Source of the DNA: Eledone cirrhosa
Taxonomy: Eukaryota
Assembly (NCBI GenBank): GCA_964016885.1
Contig: OZ024765.1
Location: forward strand, 7,068,001 to 7,132,000
Direction of reading: 5' to 3'
DNA length: 64,000 bases
Under the pieces are notes generated by a model, which was given only the letters and a program-made list of their open reading frames with translations, did not search any database and was not told the origin of the DNA. The translations under genes and the position numbers were made by a program. Of the stretch, positions 13,639-26,100 are shown piece by piece (positions within the stretch are counted from its first letter, which is position 1; every line of letters starts with the position of its first letter).

Positions 13639-15875
13639 TAGCACTGCCAATGACTGTACGTTCGTACAAAACTGTACGTTTTGCTCAAAATTTTGATGTG
13701 CTGTACATTCGGACGAATTTGCTGAACTTTTTAGTGATCTTGCCATCGGTTTATAAAATTCATGTTTTGACGCATTGATTGAGTGCATTTTCACATAAAT
13801 AAAAGCACGTGAGAATGCAGACGAGGCTTGTGCATGCAAGCGCGCGTTGACTTATGAGGTCAAGTGCGTCTGTAAATTTGGGGGAAGTATATGCCCAGTT
13901 TACCACGCCATATCTGTCATAACGCAGGAATTTTTCTCACAAACTGGTGTAAAAGGTGCGTGAATTTTTTTTCAAAAGTTTGATAGATTAGATTTAATTT
14001 TACAGCGCTAATAATTTATACAACCACGCCGTATCAGTCTGAACACAAAAGCAGAATTCTTATACATGTAAACGGTATGTGATGTTTTTAATAGTTTAAT
14101 TAATTCAAATAAATCTGATAGAACTAACTTGAACCAGATATGAGTGATAGAACTGTGAAACGAGAACATTCTTCAGATAACGAACATAAAGCAGCAGATA
14201 AGAAGGGTAGATGGGCATCGTATGAAAGGAAGCTTCCGTCCAAATTGTTGTACGATGAAAAGTTTTCTTCTTGGTTGGAAGTGGGCAAGAACGATACAAC
14301 TAAAGGCAAATGCATATTTTGCAAATGTGAAATTGCCGGCAGTTTGAGTCAAATTTTACGACATGAGTAGACAGAAAAGCACCGCAAGAATGCAAAAGAA
14401 GCGAATAAAGCAACGAGATTGAACAAATTTTAGCCAAGCCTCTTTGTTTTCTTCACATTCCAGGAAAGTAGTATCTGCTGAATTAAAGTACTGTGCATTT
14501 GTTGCTGAGCATAATCTACCCATCTCTATTTTGGACCAGTTGCCTGGCCTTGTTGTAAACGCCTGTCCTGATTCTAAAATTGCCCAGGATGTGAAGTGTG
14601 CCAGAACAAAAGGCACATCCATATTTTCAAAAGTCATCGGACCCTATGGCTTCAACACTTTATTAAAGAAGCTTCATTCGACAAAATTCTCCCTCATCAT
14701 CGATGAAACAACTGATGTTTCAATACTTAAACAACTCATCCTTGTATCCAGATATTACGACGTTGAAATTCAAAAGACTGTCAACGATTTTCTAACGCTT
14801 ATAGAAATAAATGATCACCCAAGCAACATTAGAGGATGGGTGTCCATCTACGGCTCGAAGAATTCTCACTTAAATGAAGAATCCTCTTACAAAGATGTAT
14901 TTTGCATTTCTATCTTTTATTTTAAACGACGTCAACAAACTTAATCTGGAATTCCAGGCCGAAAGCTATCGGATGCATCAACTCAAAAGAGCAATCAACG
15001 CTGGAATGAAGGGCATTTTGAGCAATTTCATTAAACCTGATTTACTTTCTGTCATCAATGTTTGTGAGATTAATGTCAACAATTCAATGGCACACCAACC
15101 ATTAGATCGTATCTACTTTGGTGCTGTAGCTGAGAGCATTTTACACGACAATTCTACCACCATTGCCCTTGATGAATTGCTGACCTTCCAACAGAATATA
15201 CTACGATTCTTTGTTTGTCTTTCAAACCAAATGCTAATGCGGAACAATTTGGAACTACTTGAGGCGTTAGACCCAACCAATGTCATGGAGGGAAGGCCGA
15301 GGTCAATAATTCCACTTGTTATGCGATTTCCAAGTCTTTGTGATGAGAAAGATTACGAAGAGATAAATCAGGAATGGCGGCACCTGACGATTCAAGGTTC
15401 TTCCTTCATCCCGCACAACGATCCAGAAAAATTGTAGTTTGCTGTCTCACAAGAGAAGTGTGGCGATGAAAACCGTTACCCTCTGCTGTCATCTCTTATG
15501 CTTAGTCTTCTTTCTTTACCCCACTCCTCCACAGCGGCTGAAAGAATTTTCTCTGTTCTCCACTCTATTAAATCAAAGAATCGAAATTGTTTGAAAACTT
15601 CCACTCTTAACGCTCTTGTTAGGTCAAAATATTTGTTACGACATGCCGACTGCACGAAGTGGGAGCCCGATGAACATCTTTGCAAAGCATTATTTGAAAA
15701 AAATTGGTACAACAGAGAATCTGCTCAGGAAGATGACGTTTCTTTTTGATGCACTTATGTTTAAATTGTCAATAAATGTTAACTTAAAAGATATGTATAA
15801 AAAGAGTGTTTTTGATTGTAATTGGGGGATTTAGTAAAATTCTGTACATTTTGAAAAAAACTTTTGGCAGCGCTG
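13639..15875 (+). mobile_element. hAT DNA transposon with disrupted transposase
   Basis: 8-bp TSD ATATGCAG at 13631-13638 and 15876-15883; TIRs TAGCACTGCCAA / TTGGCAGCGCTG. Confidence 0.92.
14140..15749 (+). pseudogene. hAT transposase pseudogene
   Basis: BED-finger-like CIFC..H..H, catalytic FSLIIDETTD and C-terminal LPHSSTAAERIFS dimerisation motif, split over four ORFs by stops, frameshifts and an internal deletion. Confidence 0.9.
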
Positions 15876-16399
15876 ATATGCAGTATAATATTTGCTTTCA
15901 TATTTAGCAGAGACTTTCTGGCTGGATACCCTTCCTATCACAAACACTTTGCAGTGTGGATTGGGTGTGTTCTTGGTGCCACCAACATTCGAGATGTTGT
16001 CAGACCTAACTCAAGGGCCCTCTCCACCCTGTATTAGTTTTTATTCAGAGTCACTGTTCTCCTAGACAAGCTGACATCCCAGTGGCTTATGCAGCCCCCA
16101 TCTATCCAGTTCGTGCAAAGATAGGAAGGTGGCGTCTACCCAATGAAGCCATTGAGTCTGTTAGAATGAGAGAAAGGTAGACAGACAGATAGGAAGGGGG
16201 TGGAGTAAATCTCTCGGACAGCCCAGACAGTTGACTTGTTTATTGTGGTCATGGCTTTTGTGGGACCATTCACACCATTTGCTGCAAATATGCCATGGGA
16301 CTGATGAACAGCAGACCTCAGGCTTTCTGTTCAAAGTTTTCTACCTTATGAGGTGACCTATTATATGCCAGACACTGGTATTTTAATTATACCTCGAGT

Positions 16400-17040
16400 T
16401 GCCAGTGTGTGATCCATTGCTGCATTGTGTCCAGGATCTGTCCTTTTTATCTCAAGGTACAGCTTGATGTCATCTGCATATTTCAGCACTGTGGCATACT
16501 TTAAGTTGGCCTCTATGTCATTAATATATGCAACAAACAAAAGGGGACCAAGAACAGATCCGTTGTACACCAGATGACATCTCATAGGGTGAAGAATGCT
16601 GTCCTAGAACCGTGACTACCTCTTTTCGACTGAGAATGAAGGACATCAACCAGTGAAAAAGATCATCCCTCACACCCATTGCAGAGAGTTTTGCCATAAG
16701 TCTTTTGTGTGGCACAGAATTGAAAGCTTTACCAAAGTCAAGGTAAACAACATCCACCCGCGAGCCGCCATCAGTGATCCAGGTTATGTCTTCAAGAATC
16801 TCGAAAGTTCATCACAGCAGCTGGAGTTAGGGATAAATCCGAATTGCGAGTGCCGGATAAGACTGTGAGAGTTGCAGAAGTTCCAGAGTGTTTCTCTTAC
16901 ACAGGATTCCATCAGTTTGGCAATGCAGCTAGTAACACTGACTGGACGATAGTTCACAGGCGCCGTGCGGTCACCTTTTTTGAACAGAGGAATGACAAAG
17001 GCAGTTTTCCACTGCTCTGGGATAACACCATTGTTAAGAC
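16400..17040 (-). pseudogene. CR1-like LINE reverse transcriptase fragment
   Basis: PEQWKTAFVIPLFKKG..NYRPVS, DFGKAFNSVPH, GSVLGPLLF and KYADDIKLY across frameshifted ORFs. Confidence 0.88.
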
Positions 17041-17081
<41 letters not shown>

Positions 17082-17826
17082 GTGTGTGTGTGTGTGTGTG
17101 TGTGTGAACCAGCGTCGTTCAAATCGGAGACGCTGGTCGCGGAACACGATCATCGCTAACACTGGACGCGCAGAGAGTCCCTTCTGGTTGATTCCCAGCC
17201 TGCTAGAAATAGCAGTCAGCTTGGTTAACATACACGGGATGTTTATCTTATTTGATGTTATAAAGTTATAAAATAAAAAATATATGTTGACACTCTCGAA
17301 TTGAATTGGTTGAGGCATTTGGGAATGCATAAGAAAAACCAGATAGACAGAAAGACAAAGAATTATGTATATATATATAGTAGAGATAAAGTCTTACGCC
17401 GGCTTATGTACATATATATATAAAGACAGTATATGTTGCTGATTAAATCTGTTTAATCGATAATTTCAGACCAGGTGGTAGAGTGGAGAATTAATATCGA
17501 TGTCTAATTAGCAACACTAAAACCTATCACATGGTAGAAATATAAGTAAATACAGCCTAAATAAGACGGGTTTAAAAATACAAACCTTTTCTTTCTGTCG
17601 ATGTTAAGTTGTAAGAAATAACAAAGACTGGAATGGAGTGATGAGTGGAAAACGAAGATTTGAAATATTAAAACAGCATCATTACTTTCGTAAAGTTTCT
17701 TCTTCTTCTTTATCTCACTGAACATATCAAAATATAAAGGTGAAGGTAAAGAGATATGTTTGCAATAAAATAAAAATATAATACTTTACATATTTAATAC
17801 GGAAGATGTAACAATATATTGAAGAT

Positions 17827-19350
17827 ATGAAGGTAAAGAGATTTGTTTACATTAATATAGATGTATGATACTTTCATATTTAATACGTAAGATGTGACAA
17901 TATGTTTGCAATAATATAGATATATGATCCTTTCATATTTAATACGTAAGATGTGACAATATGTTGAATTGTCAGAATTTAAGACAAACTGGAAAATGAA
18001 TGACTGCTTCAAGACATCTAGATGTTAAAACAAACGTTGATTAATTTTTCTAAACATAATAATGCTGTATCTGTATTTTTATGCATTTAATTAGTAATCA
18101 ATTCAATTTAATTAGATCACAGTAAACATCAATCATAAAATATAATTAACCAAGTAACAGAGATATGTACGAAAAAATGGCTGACATTTAAAAAAATTGT
18201 ATTTAACAATATTTCAGGGGAAATAACTCTTTATATATATTTTTATCTGTGAAGTTAAAATTTTATTCGGTTTAAAAGATTAGTTACAAACTGTTCACAA
18301 TTCCTTCAGAATTAAAATATAAATACATATAACAAATACAATTAACCATTGCTAGGAACCTCACAAATACAACGCACCAAAATACACGATCAGAGCGAAA
18401 GAAAGAGGAATGGAAATTTAAAAAAAGTGGAGTGATAAAAACAAAAACTACCATCAATCCATTCGCAAGTGCGACAATCTATCCCACAGCAGATCACAAG
18501 TGTCAAAGGAAATGCTTAAAGTAAGACAATACGCTGGCAGCATTAGCACGGGTGATGGCGTGGCTAAGGCGCTAGAACAACCCAGTACCTTCAAGGGTAT
18601 AAATTGACACCATAGTAATGCAAGGTTAAGGTGCAGGAACAATTCGTTACCCTCAATGGTATTACCTGACACCTTGGTAAGGCAAGGTTAAGGTGCAGGA
18701 ACAACTCGACGCCCTCACGAGTATCAACTGACACCTTGGTAACATGAGCGACCAGCTATGACAAGAATTTCGCCCTCAGCATCCCAAATCCACCAAACGT
18801 CTTGAAGGCCACAGCCTGGAAGAAATAATTGTCCAATAGTTCCCAGTTATCTAGGATTTCATTCCATTCGGCAACGGAAGTAGTGACCCTTTTATTTACC
18901 ACAGCATCCAAATATGCGGGAAGGAGCAAAAATGTCACTGACTGTGGCGTCCCAGATGAGACATCTGCCTCTTACCCAAGGACAAAGTGTAAGGCCATCT
19001 GGTCTCTTCTCATCACTTCTGGATAATGCTGCTAGCTCCAGAACTGAGGGGATATTTACCCGTGCTAGTGCCCATATAATAATCAGGCAAAGTGACCTGC
19101 ATTCAGGTGGCAGGACAAACCGTGAAGGCTTAGCACCACAAAAACTGGGAGAAACACTGGCCTTTGCCTCCCGGCTTCAGACAGACTTTAGACCTTTTTT
19201 TTAGCACATGACTGCTTGCCACTTCCATACTAATTTCATAAGCAGGCTGTTCTGTTGATCAAACAACTGGAATACTTGTTGAAACTGATGTAGGTCCATA
19301 CTACTACATTGATATGGTTTTGGAATGTAAAGATGAAAGAAACCTCTTAC
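17827..19350 (-). mobile_element. CRE-clade-like retroelement fragment plus flank, copy 2
   Basis: Direct repeat of ~9531-10970; [27 protein letters not shown] and FQAVAFKTFGGFG; truncated by the mariner relic. Confidence 0.65.
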
Positions 19351-19351
19351 A

Positions 19352-20177
19352 GCATCCTCAGCATATGAGTGGGTGGATTGTCATGATGGAAGACAACACG
19401 CTGATGCAGCTTCCCGGGCGTTTTTATGTGATTTTCTTGGCCATTTTTTTCAAAACATCTTCATAATATGCAGCTCTCATTGTTCCCTTGTTCTCGAGGA
19501 AGTCAAGCAGTAACATTCCCTCTACATCCTAGAAGACTGTGACAATGTCCTTCACTTTTGAACGCTCCAATTTTGCCTTGACTGGGCAGCCACTGCTTTC
19601 ATTGAGATTTGTCCTCAGGATTGTACTGTTAGAGCCACGTTTAACCCCGGTAACAATTCCCTGCAGAAAAGCTTCAATGTCTTCATCTCTACTTGTTCAA
19701 AATTTCCATCGAAAAATCTGCCCTTGTTTGCTGCTGATCTGGGCGCAACAGCTTTGGGACCCATTGAGCAAAAGGCTTGCTCAGCCCTAAATTCAGCATG
19801 GTTTTTTTTTACACACAGCCTGACATGGACGGCTTGCTATCTTCCACTTCTAAAACAACTTAACCATTTATTTCTTTGGGGCATTATCCCCATAAACTTA
19901 CTCCAGAACATCAAGGTTTTGGCTGCTCTTCCACCCTAGCTTCACCGTGTATTTGATGTTTGACCTGGCCTCAATTTTGATTAAAAAAAAGCCATGTTGC
20001 TCAAGTAGGTGCTGAATTCCGTCTGGTGGCACCGCGTTGCAGCATGCATTTAAGGGTTCATATTAGAACATATCATGACACATTAGTACAAGAACCTACA
20101 GGTGCATTGAGATCAAATTCCCTGCATATGATTATTGGTTCTGTACTTTTTCCACTAACATTTTGAAATCCCTTCGT
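19352..20177 (-). mobile_element. Degenerate mariner element
   Basis: Minus-strand VVFHHDNPPTH (mariner HHDNAPAH-like) and a TA-CGAAGGGATTTCAAAA terminus near 20177. Confidence 0.65.
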
Positions 20178-20439
20178 ATATATATGAATGGCATTGATCA
20201 ACATTGACCTTATTTGCTTACTGAGTGGGGTGGAACTCGTCACATTAGACCAAGGAAACAATGCTACCATTAGTCTTTCCATTGCTATTACTATCTACCA
20301 CAACTCCTGACTGAATTGCTTACATAAATATTTAGTTATATTCCAGAAATATACAGAAATTACTATAAAAATGACAGACTAGTACAATTGTGAAACCATT
20401 CAGTAACTTTTAATAATAATGAACTTACATATATAAAGT

Positions 20440-20670
20440 GTGATGTTGTGTCACCTAGTGGTTAGGATGTTTGACATACAATCATAATGGTGTGGGTTCG
20501 ATTCCTGGACAGGCTGCTGCTTCATTTCACTGAGAAGGAGTACCAGCAGTAGCTGGGGGTTTAACCCTGTGATGGACTGGCATCATGTCCAGGGAGAGTC
20601 TTGTATTCTCAGTCACTTAACACCATGGAAACCAGAGATAACCACCAGCTTGATGAGCCTCCAGACTCAA
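20440..20670 (+). mobile_element. tRNA-derived SINE with V-domain-like core
   Basis: A/B boxes (CCTAGTGGTTAG, GGTTCGATTCC) and AACCCTGTGATGGACTGGCATC..TCCAGGG; related copies at ~28965-29200 and ~44380-44545. Confidence 0.7.
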
Positions 20671-20939
20671 GCCAGACTTTAACACTACAATTGACTGACA
20701 TCCAGTCAAGGGGGAAGTCTTGTACTCTCAGCTCACCCCTCTGTAGGTTTAGCTGGCTCTCCAACTGGGTTGAATCTCATAGGTTTCTTGGATGTTTTAA
20801 TGATAGGGGCCACAGCTATGTTATAGCTCACACCTATGTAGGTTTAGCTGGCCTTCAACAGGATTGCATCTCATAGATTTCTCAGGCTTTTTAATGGCAG
20901 GGGGCTCCAGTTCCATTACACTGTTGTTATTACAGTTCA

Positions 20940-21310
20940 CAGCTATACAGCTTTAGCTGGCCTCATAAGATGTTGCTTCTCAGTAGAGGTTTCTCAGGTG
21001 TTTTAACAATAGGGACTGCAGTCCTATCATGTAAGTGTTATTACAGCTCAGAGCTATACAGGTTTAGCTGGCCTCATAAGAGGTTTCTCAGGTGTTTTAA
21101 CAATAGGGACTGCAGTCCTATCATGTAAGTGTTATTACAGCTCAGAGCTATACAGGTTTAGCTGGCCTCATAAGAGGTTTCTCAGGTGTTTTAACAATAG
21201 GGACTGCAGTCCTATCATGTAAGTGTTATGACAGCTCACAGCTAGACAGGTTTAACTGGCCTCGTCCAAGGTTGAATATCAGAAGAGGTTTCCCCGAGTG
21301 TTTTAACAAT
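20940..21310. repeat. 94-bp tandem repeat (~3-4 copies)
   Basis: TTTTAACAATAGGGACTGCAGTCC recurs at 21001, 21095 and 21189. Confidence 0.9.
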
Positions 21311-21689
21311 CGGGTTTCATTGTCTTAACATAAAAAGCAATGTGAAGTGAAGTGCCTCGCTCAGGAACACAACATGCTTCTCTGGCAGTCCAACAATTAA
21401 ACCCCTGAGCTACATGCCCTTGGCTAAACATAGATTCCAAACACAGAGGTTACAGGTTCAAATATTGGCAGGTCCATGGGTGGTGGGGTTTGTTGATAAA
21501 ACATCACAACTCAAATATTTAAATATTGTTCGTTCTTTTGTGGAGAAGAGGGCCTGGGTTCATGTTTAATCTTCAATGAATTGCTTCCCTTGACACTGTA
21601 TTATGTATTAAGGGGAAATAACTCTATCGGCGACTTAATGTGCCTGGAGACCTCAGAAGATTAAATATTTTTTGTATAGAGAGAAAACA

Positions 21690-21732
<43 letters not shown>

Positions 21733-21789
21733 AATATAGGAATATATATATATATATATATGTATATACACACACACACAAATATAGGA

Positions 21790-21867
<78 letters not shown>

Positions 21868-21987
21868 AATATAGGAATATATATATATATATATATACAT
21901 GGAAAGTTATATTTAAAATTGTTGGGTTACAACTAGTAAATATTTATAACTGATATAAAAGCACTCGACAAATATTTGGAGTATATT

Positions 21988-22358
21988 TACAATATTAAAT
22001 AAATGGAAACTATATTTATAAAACCATATTTATTTCATTATATATATTTCGGGGATATCATATTAACAATATGCTATGCCTTCCTCAGACAAAATACAAT
22101 ATAAACAGTTTTATAGATAAATAGATTCGACATACCGTAATAACATTGACTTGCATTTGCAGAGGTTAAACTGGCAGTTTAACCTCTGCAAATACAAGTC
22201 GATGTTATTACGGTATGTCGAATCTATTTATCTATAAAACTGTTTATATTGTATTTTGTCTGAGGAAGGCATAGCATATTGTTAATATGATATCCCCGAA
22301 ATATATATAATGAAATAAATATGGTTTTATAAATATAGTTTCCATTTATTTAATATTG

Positions 22359-22360
<2 letters not shown>
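21988..22360. repeat. Near-perfect 373-bp palindrome (centre 22174) abutting (TA)n
   Basis: Arms are reverse-complementary with about two transition mismatches and a 1-nt centre. Confidence 0.95.
22252..22317 (+). ncRNA. Type I hammerhead-like motif (mirror copy on - at 22031-22096)
   Basis: TATTTTGT-CTGAGGA-[stem II with CATATT/AATATG]-GAAA-TATATA-TA-ATGAAATA; the stem II closing pair is mismatched. Confidence 0.55.
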
Positions 22361-22394
<34 letters not shown>

Positions 22395-22542
22395 AATATA
22401 GGAATATATATATATACACACACACACAAATATAGGAATATATATATATACACACACACACATATGTAGATACACTCACATATGCACATAGACACATATA
22501 CATAAACACAAGCACACGTTTGTAGCTATATACATATATATA

Positions 22543-22883
22543 CGAGGGTCAGCTGAAAAGTACCTAGGCTGACTTTGAAGGAGTGATGCTAGTGCTGTAA
22601 AATCTTGCATGCATTAATTTCAACTCTTTTTATTAATAACTGCATTGTTTCTTTCCAAGGACTATGTTGACAAATAAACCTCATTTGGTCATTCCATGAG
22701 AGTATCTTGGTCAGCCTATGAAGAGGTGATGCTAGAGCTGTGAAATCTTGCATGCATTAATTTCAACTCTTCTTATTAATAACTGGATTGTTTCTTTCCA
22801 GGGACTATGTTGACAAATAAACCTCATTTGGTCATTCCATGAGAGTATCTTGGTCAGCCTATGAACTTTTCAGCTGACCCTTG
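22543..22883. mobile_element. Mariner-type MITE with internal tandem duplication
   Basis: TA|CGAGGGTCAGCTGAAAAGT...ACTTTTCAGCTGACCCTTG|TA; related copies at ~46107-46280 and ~52690-52870. Confidence 0.85.
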
Positions 22884-22950
22884 TACATAGACACACACAC
22901 ATATATACATATATACACACACATACATATACATTGAGCGAGAGAAAGAA

Positions 22951-23181
22951 TTAGAGTGAGTTGTTGTGTATGGGGGCATTTTGTGAAAAAGTGTTTGAGC
23001 TGGTTGTGAGGAAAGATGGTGGCGGAACTAGGTGGGTGGAAAAGGATGAGAAGTACTCCGCAGCAAATTGCACCACATCGTCAGGTTTCCGTAGCAACAG
23101 GAACTGGAGAAAATCTGCAAGTAGGGACCGAATATCGGGTTTTTGTTGCAGGTAAATGGAGAAGTCATTCATGAATTTATC
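22951..23181 (-). CDS. CATIP: CATIP terminal coding exon (RIIa-like dimerisation/docking helix pair)
   Basis: TTTCCAG|DKFMNDFSIYLQQKPDIRSLLADFLQFLLLRKPDDVVQFAAEYFSSF...TAA. Confidence 0.92.
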   Translation of the reverse strand, partial: DKFMNDFSIYLQQKPDIRSLLADFLQFLLLRKPDDVVQFAAEYFSSFSTHLVPPPSFLTTSSNTFSQNAPIHNNSL

Positions 23182-26100
23182 CTGGAAACCAGAAAAAAGA
23201 AATAAGGGCGGTGAATTGGCAGTATTGGTAGAGGGTCGGACATGTTTTCCAGCATAGTTACGTCCCTTTACGATCTGAGTTCAAATCCCGCCGAAGTTAA
23301 CTTTGCTTTTCATCCTTATGGGGTTATGGGGGGTCTATCTCCAAAACCATAGGAGGAGTTCGTGAACAAACAGACAAGAACTACAACTTTATATATATAG
23401 ATATATAGGAAAAGAGTCAGGACCCCGACGGCTGAGCTCCGGCTGTTTCGACAGCTAGATCTGAACTCACTTTGGATCTAGCTGTCAAAACGGCTGGAGC
23501 TCAGTCATTGGGGTCCTGACTTTTTTCCTATTACCCACTCTACTACCCTAAGTATTGAGTACTCTGGTGCATTATGGTCCACCTGGTGTCTTACCGCACC
23601 CTCTTTGTTTTATATATATATATATATAACAAAGGAAGTGCGGTAAGGAACCAGGTGGACCATAATGCACCAGAGTACTCAATACTTAGGGTAGTAGAGT
23701 GGGTAATAGGAAAAGAGTCAGGACCCCGATGTTCAGATCTAGCTGTCGAAACAGCGGAGCTCAGCTGTCAGGGTCCTGACACTTTTCCTATATATATATA
23801 GACAATTATTAAATATATTAATAGATAAATAAATGACATTGTTAAATAATAAATAAATCAACTAATACCTTAACACTTCACACAAAGTAAAACATTTCGT
23901 TTTAATCATTTTCTAACCCAGAAAAAAGAGAGAGAGAAATAAAAAAAAGGGAAAAAAAAAAAATTTTTCTTCCTAATAATCATCTCTTTCTCCCTGTTTT
24001 CATATATATATATATATATATATGACCCCGACGGCAGAGCTCAAGCCGTTTCGACAGCTATTTCTGGACTGGCGTCCAGAAATAGCTGTCGGGGTCATAC
24101 ATTTTCATATTATCCACTCTACTACCCCAAGTATTGAGTACTCTGGTTCGTTATGGTCCATCTGGTTCTTTACCACATCTCCTTTGTTATATATATACAT
24201 ATATATATATATACAATATATTTAGAAACACACAGATACATGCGGACACACACATATATACATGAATGCATCCGCACCCAACTGTGAGTTAAGGGTGCCA
24301 ACTTCACCGATGTTGCTCAATGAATGACCGGGACAGACCAATTCAGTTGAACTAGACTGAACCAGTATCAGAGTTAAAAGTACATTATGAAGAGAGAAGA
24401 AACATTTAGATATAATTAGTAATAAAATGTATCATACCTAAACTGCCCCTAAATTCCTCGACTACGTAGTTTCGTGGCATAAACAAAAACAATATATCAT
24501 AAAGACATAGAGTCCCTGCGAGGTCTGCCGACTTATCAAGAGGATACCTCATTTTACTAGTCTCAAGAACGCGTCTACACGACGTGAGAAAGAATCCCAA
24601 AAGGCGGAGGGGGAGATAGTCACGCGATATAACGGTCGAGAAACGGTCGAGGCTTAGCTCTGTTTCTCGACCGTTATATCGCGTGACTATCTCCCCCTCC
24701 GCCTTTTGGGATTCTTTCTCACGTCGTGTAGACGCGTTCTTGAGACTAGTAAAATGAGGTATCCTCTTGATAAGTCGGCAGACCTCGCAGGGACTCTATG
24801 TCTTTATGATATATTGTTTTTGTTTATGCCACGAAACTACGTAGTCGAGGAATTTAGGGGCAGTTTAGGTATGATACATTTTATTACTAATTATATCTAA
24901 ATGTTTCTTCTCTCTTCATAATGTACTTATATATATATATATATATATATACATACATATATAACCAGGAGACAAAGTGAACTGACCAACCCAGTAAAAA
25001 AGGGGAACAATGGAACAAGTGGGTATAGGAAATCAATAAACAGGTGAAAAGGGAAGTAAATATGATGAATACATGAAAAAAAGGGGACACATTTGGTATC
25101 CCTTCAGTAACAAAAGAACTGACCTTTTTGTCAATAAACTTGCTCTTCATTTCCATGTCTGTGTCCACATCCAGGGGTTGTTTCTTAAATATTGGTTTCT
25201 TCTCACGTTCTTTGGAATAAGATATAATAATAATGGTTTCATTTCTAGGCCAGAAGGGCCAACGTATAGGGGACAATACAGAGACAGTGGTGGTGGGAGG
25301 GGGCAGTTTACAATAGAATCGAGGGAAAATACATACACAATAACAAAAACAACAATGAAAAAATATAAAAATATAAAATATATAAAAATATAACAAAATA
25401 AATTCCCAAATAGGGGGAGAGGGGGGGCAACCCATGGGTAACTCAGGTAACCCACCAATCATGAACCACCCAACGATTCGAGTGCATCCGCAAGAACACC
25501 CGTCGCCCCCCAAAAAAATTAACCGGCCTACAGACATGATCAAAGACCAATTTTTGCCACATTCACCCACCTTTTTTTTTGGGGGGGGGGGGGGGGGGGA
25601 TCCCCCCCCCCCCCCCCCCCCCCCCCCACCTTCCTTTTAAAATGATATTTAAAGAAAAAATGATGAGTTGTCGGGAGAGGGGGTGTTTGACCCCAGTCTT
25701 TATAATCTCGTCCACCATATCACTTCTTTCGCCATAGTCACCAGACAGAAAAACTGCCTCTCCTTCGGTGTTAAATGAAACTGGCAGGGTAATCCTCACG
25801 ATGGACTCGGATGACAACTGGATTCATCCTATGTGTGACAGTAACTGGCCAACATGATCCCACAGGTCGGAAACTCCAGGGCACTGAACAATTGCATGCA
25901 GAACGATTTCGACGTTCTGCTCACATCTTGCCTGCGTCCTTTTGGCAGGATCCCTGCCAGGGCATCCATACCTGTAGATTTTGTCTTGAACTGGTACAGC
26001 TTCTCGGTAACACTGCCAGGCCAGGCACCTCTGGAAATTATCCATAGGCCCTTGACCTAAAGTCCTCTGGAATAGACTGGCCAATTCATCCTCTTCGATG

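Noticed and set aside
24406-24900. Duplicated 64-aa protein on opposite strands
   Set aside because: A consequence of the palindrome; non-ATG start and no recognisable domain.
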